Part shown: positions 36,612 to 44,087 of the stretch, piece by piece
Numbering within the stretch: the first letter of the stretch is position 1
Layout: every line of letters begins with the position of its first letter
Source of the DNA: a virus
Taxonomy: Duplodnaviria; Caudoviricetes
DNA: 45,284 nt
Strand: one strand, 5' to 3'
Virus record (IMG/VR): IMGVR_UViG_3300048856_000101
Span: 1 to 45,284 of that record
Program-made: the position numbers and the translations under genes
The notes under the pieces: generated by a model
Databases searched by the model: none
What the model was told of the DNA's origin: nothing
What the model saw: the letters and a program-made list of their open reading frames with translations, nothing else

Positions 36612-37446
36612 TCATTGAGCGAATACGCTTACGACGCCGCCGTCCTTCCACCAGGACCCGAGCGATGCGGTGCCGCGGAGGCCGGCGTTGTAGACATCGG
36701 TGCTCGCTGCCGCGTGCGCGACGGTCATCGTGGAGCCGTACGAGTCTTTGATCGCGAACGCCCGCTGGCGTAGTCCGCGCGCGCCGTTCGTGAGCGAGCT
36801 CAGCTTCTTGACCAGCCGTGCGCTGTCGTAGCGGCCCTCATACCGGTTGATGAAGATCGCGACGCCCTGCAGCGGTTCTGAATCGAACCCCGTTCCAGAC
36901 CACGCGTCTCTGACAGTCGCGAGCGTCTGTTGGAGCAGGCTCGCGTCGCCCATGCGGTAGATCCTTTCGAGGGCACCCACTGCGGATACCGAGCCAGGCT
37001 TGCGACCCTTCTCGACTCGGAGGCCCTGGGCGAGCACGATCCGGTTGATGTCTGACGGGATCGGTAGGTTCGCGGTCACACCGACCTTGAAGCTATCGAA
37101 GTTGCTGACCGTCCGGCGCTTGTTGAGCGCGAGGAACAGGGCCGCTTTCGTCTTGTTCGGTGAGGCCGGGGTGCGCGTTGACATGAACAGTCCAGTCCGC
37201 CCAGTCGTCACCGAATTCCCGTTTCGCCCAGCTGATGAGTCCGTGTGTGCGGTGCTGCCCGTCGATGACCCAGTAGAACCCGTCGCGGTGCGAGACCGTC
37301 AGGAGCCCAACGAGGTCGATGTCGAAGTTCTTTTCGACGTAGTCACCCCACGTCTCGTTGAACTCGCGCTGCGCACCGGTTGATACGCGAAGTAGCCCGA
37401 GCGGGACGGTGCTGATGTGCGCGTTACCTTCGATGGTCTTAGACAT
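36612..37446 (-). pseudogene. ParB/Srx-like (DUF6551-like) protein with a +1 frameshift
   Basis: AQRE...VIDGQHR...GLTEQDE joins AALFLALN if one A is removed from GACGAAAGCG (TTT at 37146-37148). Confidence 0.82.
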
Positions 37447-38476
37447 TGCCTATCTCCTTCAGTTTCCGGATGTACTGGTTGAGGCGGTTGCGGTCGATCC
37501 GCTGCAACGCCTCCTGGGCTTGTTCAGTTGTGATGGTTGAAAAGTCCACGACCTCCAACGCGGAGACCGCGGCCTCGATCGACAGCGAGGCGCGGTCCAG
37601 GCGCTCCTGCGATTTCGCGGTGCGGGCGATCCACTGCTTCTCGTTGAACTGCCACTTGACGCCCGCGTTGCGTGCCGCCTGCTCAAGGCTCTGAGGCGAG
37701 GCGTAACGCTCGTACCCCTCGGACTCGTGCGCGATCCGGAACGTCGGGTACTTCCTCGCAAGACGCGCGAGGTAATCGGTCGGATCATTCGCCCGCACCT
37801 TCGGCTGCGCGACCGCCGGCGTCTCGCGGGCCTCCTTGATCCGCTCAACCTGCGCCCGGATTGGCTCCCCCGCATCAATCCGCCGGATCACATCCCGCGC
37901 AACCTGACGCACCTCAGCCGGCTGGGACTCGTCATCAGCTGTGAGGATCGCCGTCTTCACACGGGTGAACGTCGCCTCCGACATACCGACTGCCTCAGCA
38001 GCCACCGTCCGAGCGCGAACCTCCTTGTATGCGTCCGGTTCCCGGGAACCGGACGCATTGCCCCAACGGACGTCCGCAGCGTGCTTCACGCTTGCCTGCT
38101 GTCGGGCGAGCGCGGCCGGCCGCTCCATCTCTTCAATTGCCATGCCGAGTGCGGCGGCTTCGGAGGGGAGCATCTCTTTGCGTTGCGTGTTTTCGTCACG
38201 CTCCGCGACGAGCAGGTCGCGGGCTTCGATGATGTTCCGTGCGATCCGCGCCGGGATCTCGGTGAGGTTCAACGCTTGGAACGCGGTGAGCCGCCGCTCC
38301 CCCGCAACTAACCGATACCCGCCGTGATACTCCGTGACCGTGATCGGGTTCAACAACCCGATCTCAACTATTGATGCGGCAAGCTCCGACACGTCGCCGA
38401 GGTCCTTCCTGTACCGGTCGGCGACCAGAATCTTGCTAAGCGGAATGACACGTGCCGCGTCGTCCGTGTCGGTCAT
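37439..38476 (-). CDS. ParB N-terminal domain protein
   Basis: RKDLGDVSELAASI..GLLNPITV...LVAGERRL.A...ERDENTQRK; HTH AEAVGMSEAT. Confidence 0.9.
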   Translation of the reverse strand: MTDTDDAARVIPLSKILVADRYRKDLGDVSELAASIVEIGLLNPITVTEYHGGYRLVAGERRLTAFQALNLTEIPARIARNIIEARDLLVAERDENTQRKEMLPSEAAALGMAIEEMERPAALARQQASVKHAADVRWGNASGSREPDAYKEVRARTVAAEAVGMSEATFTRVKTAILTADDESQPAEVRQVARDVIRRIDAGEPIRAQVERIKEARETPAVAQPKVRANDPTDYLARLARKYPTFRIAHESEGYERYASPQSLEQAARNAGVKWQFNEKQWIARTAKSQERLDRASLSIEAAVSALEVVDFSTITTEQAQEALQRIDRNRLNQYIRKLKEIGNV

Positions 38477-38500
38477 ACGACACCCCCTTTCAAATCGAAA

Positions 38501-38522
38501 GCGCACCCCAGACGGGATGCGC
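38501..38522 (-). terminator. Intrinsic terminator, GCATCCC/GGGGTGC family
   Basis: GCGCATCCC-GTCT-GGGGTGCGC followed by TTTCGATTT. Confidence 0.7.
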
Positions 38523-38661
38523 CGAAGAGTGCGTGCTCGGGGACTTTGCACCCCGATGCAGGCTCGTTCCTGACACGCGATTTGCGCCGCGGAAGCCGAG
38601 CTGTCGCTTGCGACTACCGTGAGGGCCTTCAGAACCGTGACGGGATCGCAGAGAGTGCGCG

Positions 38662-38859
38662 TTACGTGGGATCACCCGCGGTTCCGGTGGCGGCAGAGGC
38701 GTCGCCAGTGGCGGGTCGCTCACGTCGAAGTCGGTTGATCGCGCCGGTGAGTTCTCGCATACGCTTGATCTGTGCCGCCTGCGTGGTGATCAACGCGCCG
38801 TAGCCAATGGTTTGCAGCGCGAGGCAGACGGCCAACGCGCCGACGAGGATGTCACTCAT
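38662..38859 (-). CDS. Small membrane protein
   Basis: MSDILVGALAVCLALQTIGYGALI; RBS GAGGA. Confidence 0.65.
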   Translation of the reverse strand: MSDILVGALAVCLALQTIGYGALITTQAAQIKRMRELTGAINRLRRERPATGDASAATGTAGDPT

Positions 38860-38914
38860 CTGGTTCCTCTCTGGGTTGATTTCAATGACAAAGGGCGGCC
38901 CGCACAATCTGCGG

Positions 38915-39745
38915 TCATCGCACAGTCGGGGCGGTCAGCACCCCACCGCCGGTGCAGAGCTGCTGCCGGAGCCGTTCCAGCCCTTTCACCGTGACTCGCA
39001 GCTGAGACGGGTCGATGACACGTTCGCCTGAGGCTGGGTGGTAGTGGAACTGTGGCCGTTCCGAGAGGTAGCCCTTTTCGACGCGTTCCGCGTACGCCCG
39101 CCACGCACCATCCCCGGCGCGGAACGTCCACCCGATGACCTGGAGCTGGTTGAACAGCCGTTGCGGCCCGGTAGGTATGCCCGCACGGGCCAGGATCTTC
39201 GCCGCGTCACCGACCGAGTAGTCGCCCGCCGCGGACACGATCGCGTTCCACGCGTCCGCCCTGGGCTCTAGGTGAGCCACGGCCGCTTCCAACGCCGCGA
39301 CTTTCGCCGTCGTGATCTGCAACGCCTTCGCGACGATCTCTTCATCCGACAACGGCACGCTCGGCGCAAGTTCTTGCTTCCGGGTCTGCACCGCGAAGTA
39401 CTGCTGCAACGCCGCGACCTCCGGCTTCCGACCGTCCGCGTTCTGAAACAGGATGTAGCACCCATACCGGGTCAGCTCCACATCCTCGACCTGCCGGCGA
39501 GCTCCGGAGCCGAGCTGGACCATTTTCCCGGCACCGCGAAAATGGTCCGAAGCGTCGAGACCGGAGGCATTCACTGAGGCAATCGCGCGGTTGATCGCGT
39601 CGGAGAACCGCTCCCACTTCTCGTAGCCAGCGAATGGCATCAGGTCCCGTGCGGACCACATCTCACCATCCGTGACGGTGACGATCTTCAGGTCGTCCAG
39701 CCTCGCGGATACCAGCTCCGCATCAAGCACTTCGGTACTCATCAC
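38915..39745 (-). CDS. Antirepressor (DinD/Bro-like N-terminus, KilAC-type C-terminus)
   Basis: WSARDLM...YEKWERF...LTRYGCY..FQNADGRK.EVA..QQYFAVQTR; YSVGDAAKIL...RVTVKG. Confidence 0.88.
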   Translation of the reverse strand: MMSTEVLDAELVSARLDDLKIVTVTDGEMWSARDLMPFAGYEKWERFSDAINRAIASVNASGLDASDHFRGAGKMVQLGSGARRQVEDVELTRYGCYILFQNADGRKPEVAALQQYFAVQTRKQELAPSVPLSDEEIVAKALQITTAKVAALEAAVAHLEPRADAWNAIVSAAGDYSVGDAAKILARAGIPTGPQRLFNQLQVIGWTFRAGDGAWRAYAERVEKGYLSERPQFHYHPASGERVIDPSQLRVTVKGLERLRQQLCTGGGVLTAPTVR

Positions 39746-39951
39746 ATCTCCCCTTCCGAAGAGAGAAAAGGGCGCATCTCAACGAGACGCGCCCTAGATT
39801 TCGGCGAGAAGGACTGAGCACGCTTCCGGCGAATCACCTCGACAGTCACCTGTGCGATCTCCGGCCCGTACCTGCTCAGGATTTCGATCGTCGCTTTCGC
39901 CAGCTCGGTCTTCTTGAGAGCTTCCGGATCAGTTGCAATTTGGTTCGACAT
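39742..39951 (-). CDS. Hypothetical 69-aa protein coupled to the antirepressor
   Basis: RBS AAGGAG; GTGA overlap with the downstream gene. Confidence 0.7.
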   Translation of the reverse strand: MSNQIATDPEALKKTELAKATIEILSRYGPEIAQVTVEVIRRKRAQSFSPKSRARLVEMRPFLSSEGEM

Positions 39952-39959
39952 GACGAACT

Positions 39960-40450
39960 CCTTCCAATCGATTTCGTCGTGCGTTCAGACGGCTCGAACG
40001 TCTGTGCCTGCCAGCAACGCCACCGTGTAGACCACCTACACACGCGCTTTCATCAGCGCCTTCGCTCGCGACCAGGGTCGGGACCCTTTCGCGAACGGCA
40101 ATGTCTTCGATATGGTGCAAGCGTCTAACAACGCACCACACCGAAGGTTCTCCCCTCTGTGGGAGGCCAAGCCCGTACTTCGACCGCATTCCGCGCTTTT
40201 CCGGGTATTCCGCCGCGCCCGGTTCTGCCCCCATCGTTCATGGGCAGTGAGGTGGCCGTTTGCGACTTAGCTGCTGTGGAGTTATCCGCACCGCTTTCAA
40301 GGCGCGACAAATACCGCCCCAGGAAGACGGTCGTTTTGCAGTGTCCGGCCATAGGGGCGGACGACTCGGGTTGCCAAAACAAGATGCTTGGCTGGTTTAT
40401 GATTTACCAGACCATTTCGACAATTTCTAGTCAGAAAGGTCCGAATGTCC
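39960..40450 (-). ncRNA. Candidate large structured RNA in the early transcript
   Basis: About 490-nt gap with no convincing gene, roughly ten hairpins, G-U pairs that work on the minus strand, 3' tRNA-like minihelix. Confidence 0.55.
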
Positions 40451-40453
40451 TGT

Positions 40454-41218
40454 TTAGCCGATCGGGCCGGCCCCAACTGAGGCGATCGCGCCAGGCACGA
40501 TCTCAACGCCGGCCTTTGCCAGCACCTTCACCAGCGCCTCAGGCAGGACCCGAGGAGTGCTGGTCGGGTGAGCGACACCATCGAGATCGGTCCACGATGA
40601 CGTGGTGATCTTGAACCAGTGCGCGTACCGCTGGTACGGAAGCCGCGACGTCGCCTGAATCACCCCCGCCGCGCGAAGCCTGTTGAACAGCGTCGTCCGA
40701 CCGATGCCACCGAGCTTCGCGACAGCGTCCATCGGGTAGAAGCCCTCGCTGTCCATCAGCTGGTCATACGCGGCGACCTTCGGCGCATTCTCGATCGCCT
40801 TGGCTTCGAGCACCTCCCGGCGCTCAACCGATGCGGCGAGCTCGCGCAGCGCGTCAGCATACGACCGCGGTGCCTGGTGTTCGATCGCCGACTGCCGGAA
40901 CTGGCCCGTTCGACGGATCTGCGGGAGCACCTCGTGCGTCACCCAACGCTTGAACGCCTTCGCCTCAGGCTTATCCGACCGGAGGATGACTGCGTAGAGC
41001 CCCGCCTCGTTGATGATCGCACGGTTGGGATTCCCGGAAGTACCATCCGCCAGGCGGATGGAACTCCTCTCGTCTGGGTCGAGACGTGCGACGACGTTTC
41101 CGACACTGACGATACCGAGAGCGGCACAAACGTCATTCGCTACGAACCACGGCTCGCCGTCTACCAGCACCGTTCGCACCTGTCGCCCTGCGTAGGCGAA
41201 GACTTCAAGTGCACTCAT
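40454..41218 (-). CDS. Antirepressor (Bro-N plus KilAC-type)
   Basis: VRTVLVDGEPWFVANDVC...INEAGLYAVILRSDKPEAKAFKRWVTHEVLP.IRRTG. Confidence 0.93.
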   Translation of the reverse strand: MSALEVFAYAGRQVRTVLVDGEPWFVANDVCAALGIVSVGNVVARLDPDERSSIRLADGTSGNPNRAIINEAGLYAVILRSDKPEAKAFKRWVTHEVLPQIRRTGQFRQSAIEHQAPRSYADALRELAASVERREVLEAKAIENAPKVAAYDQLMDSEGFYPMDAVAKLGGIGRTTLFNRLRAAGVIQATSRLPYQRYAHWFKITTSSWTDLDGVAHPTSTPRVLPEALVKVLAKAGVEIVPGAIASVGAGPIG

Positions 41219-41403
41219 TTCGACACCTCTTCGAACTGGGCCTGGAGCCAGGCCTCATACAGGTCCTCGTTGAACATGCGCCGACCGCCGATGAGCGCCG
41301 ACGGGGGCATGTTCTCGGGGTGAGCGTGGAGCTGCCAAGCGAGAGCCTTCTCGCTTCGACGCAGCTTCAGCGCCATCTCCTTCATGGTTAGCAACCGGCT
41401 CAT
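41215..41403 (-). CDS. Cro/AlpA-like HTH protein
   Basis: LLTMKEMA..LRRSEKAL.W...PPSALIGGRRMF...EAWL; divergent from repressor; RBS AAGGAG. Confidence 0.85.
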   Translation of the reverse strand: MSRLLTMKEMALKLRRSEKALAWQLHAHPENMPPSALIGGRRMFNEDLYEAWLQAQFEEVSK

Positions 41404-41534
41404 AGGGAAGGCTCCTTGCGTCCTGCGCTTGATTTTCAAGCGCAGATAGAGAATGACAGACAATAAAGGACGCGTCAAGTGCAAGACGCATGAAAGTCTT
41501 GCTTGATGCGCATAGGATGGCTTAGTTTGTAGTC
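41404..41534. promoter_or_regulatory. Immunity switch with divergent promoters and palindromes
   Basis: Minus TTGACG-N17-CATTCT (41450-41478); plus -10 TAGTTT 6 nt before the repressor ATG; inverted repeats at 41423-41445 and 41481-41502. Confidence 0.75.
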
Positions 41535-42158
41535 ATGGCCAATGACGAATCGATCGACGGTGGTGTGGGCGACTGGGAGAAGGCTCAGGAAGTCCTCTGG
41601 GAGAGGATCGGAGACGAGGACGAAAGGGACGCGCCATTTGCGTGGGAGACGAGGGTGGCAAGAACCCTCCAGCTACTCAGGGACGAGCACGGATGGTCCC
41701 AAGCGTTCGCGGCCAAGAGGTTGGAGGAAATTTGGGGGATCGAAATGCATCAGACCACCCTCGCCAAGCTGGAGGCAGGGAAACGCCCGGTTCGGCTCGC
41801 AGAGCTCTACGCATTCGCGACGATGTACGGAGTAAGCGTTACGACGGTGTTGGCGCTCGCGGAGAACCAGACGGCGATGACCACCGAGCAGCCCTCGGCG
41901 GCGCTCGATGCGATGTACTTCGAGCAGCAAAAGCGCCTCGACGCGGCGAAGGCTCACGCCCTGGCGTCCATAAATTCGTCCATCGAACTCCTCGCTACAC
42001 AACAGACACGACTCCAGCTCAGGCAGCAGCTACTCACGCGAAGAGCACTCGACCGCGCTCGCGCTGAGACCGGCGCGCGCTCGACGGTCGAGCGCAACCG
42101 CAGAATCGTTCAGGCATTCGATGAGGTGAATGATGGCGAGCATCAAGAAGCGCCCTGA
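41535..42158 (+). CDS. Immunity repressor (XRE HTH)
   Basis: LRDEHGWSQAFAAKRL...MHQTTLAKLEAGKRPVRLAEL; overlaps the integrase start. Confidence 0.88.
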   Translation: MANDESIDGGVGDWEKAQEVLWERIGDEDERDAPFAWETRVARTLQLLRDEHGWSQAFAAKRLEEIWGIEMHQTTLAKLEAGKRPVRLAELYAFATMYGVSVTTVLALAENQTAMTTEQPSAALDAMYFEQQKRLDAAKAHALASINSSIELLATQQTRLQLRQQLLTRRALDRARAETGARSTVERNRRIVQAFDEVNDGEHQEAP

Positions 42159-43257
42159 TGGGAAGTGGCGCGCCCGGTACCGCGACGAGGAAGGTCGGGA
42201 GCGGGCGCGGCATTTTGATCGCAAGATCGATGCGACGAACTGGCTCGCGCAGAAGCAGACGGAAGTCGCGACTGGCACTCACGTCGATCCTGACGCCGGC
42301 AAGGTGACCCTCCGGTCCTTCTACGGGGAATGGGCGCCCAGGCAGGTGTGGGCGACCAACACCGCCACCGCGATGGAGCTCGCCGTTCGCTCGTGCACCT
42401 TCGCCGATACGGAGCTGCGCAAAGTCCGCCGCTCTCATGTCGAGTCGTGGGTGAAGCAGATGAGCGTTTCGCTTCAGCCGGGCACGATCCGAACCCGGGT
42501 GAATAACGTGCGTTCGGTGCTGCGTGCGGCTGCACGCGATCGAGTCATTGCCCAGGACCCGTCCGCGGGTGTCGTGCTGCCGCGGCTACGTCGGGCCGAA
42601 CATGCCATGCGGATCCCGAGCCCCGAAGAGGTAGGTCAGGTACTCCGCGCTGCCACCGCAGACTTCGCGCCGTTCGTTGCGCTATGCGCGTTCGCCGGTC
42701 TGCGACTCGGTGAGACCGCGGCCGTCCAGGTTAATGACATCGACTTCCTCCGCCGAAAACTGCATGTGCAGAGGCAGGTGCAGCGCGCGAATGGTGGCCT
42801 GATCGAGCTGACGCCGCCGAAGCATGGTTCGGAGCGTGCCGTATTCCTGCCCGACGAGTTACTCCAACTCCTGTCGACGCACGTCGCGATCGGCACCTAC
42901 GGTGACGAAGGCTGGCTGTTCACCGGCGGCGCGGGTCTCCCTCCTCACCAGAACACGGTGGGCCATCGCTGGCGGCGAGCTCTCAAGACGGCGCAGGTGG
43001 AACCGTTCCGCCTCCACGACCTCCGCCATTTCTACGCCAGCGGACTCATTGCTCAAGGTTGCGACGTGGTGACCGTGCAACGCGCCCTCGGTCATGCAAA
43101 AGCAACCACGACCCTTTCGACGTACAGCCATCTTTGGCCCTCGGCTGAAGACCGGACTCGAACCGCGGCTGGAGCGCTCATGCAGACGGCCCTCCGAAAC
43201 TCGGGACCCACCGACGTGAGGTCTACCTACTCCGTGACCAGTCCATCCTCGTTATAG
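42133..43257 (+). CDS. int: Tyrosine integrase
   Basis: Arm-binding N-terminus WRARYRD; catalytic GLRLGE, PKH, HDLRH, LGH, TYSH. Confidence 0.96.
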   Translation: MASIKKRPDGKWRARYRDEEGRERARHFDRKIDATNWLAQKQTEVATGTHVDPDAGKVTLRSFYGEWAPRQVWATNTATAMELAVRSCTFADTELRKVRRSHVESWVKQMSVSLQPGTIRTRVNNVRSVLRAAARDRVIAQDPSAGVVLPRLRRAEHAMRIPSPEEVGQVLRAATADFAPFVALCAFAGLRLGETAAVQVNDIDFLRRKLHVQRQVQRANGGLIELTPPKHGSERAVFLPDELLQLLSTHVAIGTYGDEGWLFTGGAGLPPHQNTVGHRWRRALKTAQVEPFRLHDLRHFYASGLIAQGCDVVTVQRALGHAKATTTLSTYSHLWPSAEDRTRTAAGALMQTALRNSGPTDVRSTYSVTSPSSL

Positions 43258-43685
43258 GCGGTCACGATAGATTCGTAGTCTTCGACGACCGAATCTCTGT
43301 GAATGCCGCGTAGGCCCTCGCCGTACCGCACTTCGACGCTGGCGATGTGAAGTCTCTCGTACTCGGCCGCGATCTGCGGATACAGAATTTTCACTAGGTC
43401 GTTCACGCCCAGTTGTCGTGGCGAACCGGACACCACGCGGCCTTTATGCGCAGTCGCGAGGCGGTCGCCTAGCGTCAGATGCGGCGACTTCTGCTGGAGG
43501 CGTCCCAGATCGGTGAAGATCGGATCGGCCATGATGGCGGCGCGCACGATGTGATAGGCGGCGTAGAAATAGCAGACGGCGAACCAATCGTCGCCTTGGT
43601 TGTGCAAAAGCTTCGCCGTGGTCTTGATCGCCACAGCGCGCTCTAGACAAGCGTCGACGGTTTGGAGCGATCCGCTCGTGCTCAT
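43227..43685 (-). CDS. HEPN-like protein (putative toxin)
   Basis: DWFAVCYFYAAYHIVRA...H.GR...YERLHIASVEVRY follows the HEPN helical pattern. Confidence 0.72.
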   Translation of the reverse strand: MSTSGSLQTVDACLERAVAIKTTAKLLHNQGDDWFAVCYFYAAYHIVRAAIMADPIFTDLGRLQQKSPHLTLGDRLATAHKGRVVSGSPRQLGVNDLVKILYPQIAAEYERLHIASVEVRYGEGLRGIHRDSVVEDYESIVTAYNEDGLVTE

Positions 43686-43981
43686 GCGTAGCTGAAGAGC
43701 GGAACCATGCCGAGGGTGGCCTCATCGTCTACGAGGTCGTCTGCGAAGTGGTACGAGAGAACAGCGTCGTCAGCGAATACTCGCTCGACCTCAAACAGGC
43801 TCCGTAGGACTGACTTCTGCTGCGAATCAGTGTTCTTCTTCAGCACGATCACCATCTCAGCGTTGAGGCTGCGGGGGTCGAGCGTTACCCGGAGACCCCG
43901 GAGCTTGCTCTTCCCGATGGTGTCGAGGCTGAACTCCCCGATCGAAGTGGTCAGCGCCTGGATTTCATCCAATCCGCTCAT
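43682..43981 (-). CDS. Acidic partner of the HEPN-like gene (putative antitoxin)
   Basis: 99 aa, ATGA overlap with the HEPN-like gene; leaderless -10 TAGTCT at 43988-43993. Confidence 0.7.
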   Translation of the reverse strand: MSGLDEIQALTTSIGEFSLDTIGKSKLRGLRVTLDPRSLNAEMVIVLKKNTDSQQKSVLRSLFEVERVFADDAVLSYHFADDLVDDEATLGMVPLFSYA

Positions 43982-44029
43982 GCCCAAAGACTACATGCCG
44001 TGTCAAGTGGTGCCGGCGGCTGGTCATTC

Positions 44030-44050
44030 TGCGGACTAAATGCGGACTAG
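44030..44050. promoter_or_regulatory. Integrase arm-type sites, TGCGGACTAAA-TGCGGACTAG
   Basis: 20 of 21 bases identical to 2600-2620, same orientation. Confidence 0.8.
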
Positions 44051-44087
44051 ACGCCGCAATCGCGACCAACTTCCGCATGATTTCGGG

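Noticed and set aside
38531-40020. Canonical tRNA genes
   Set aside because: Both elements are only 40-48 nt and lack a full cloverleaf and anticodon arm; kept as tRNA-like minihelices.
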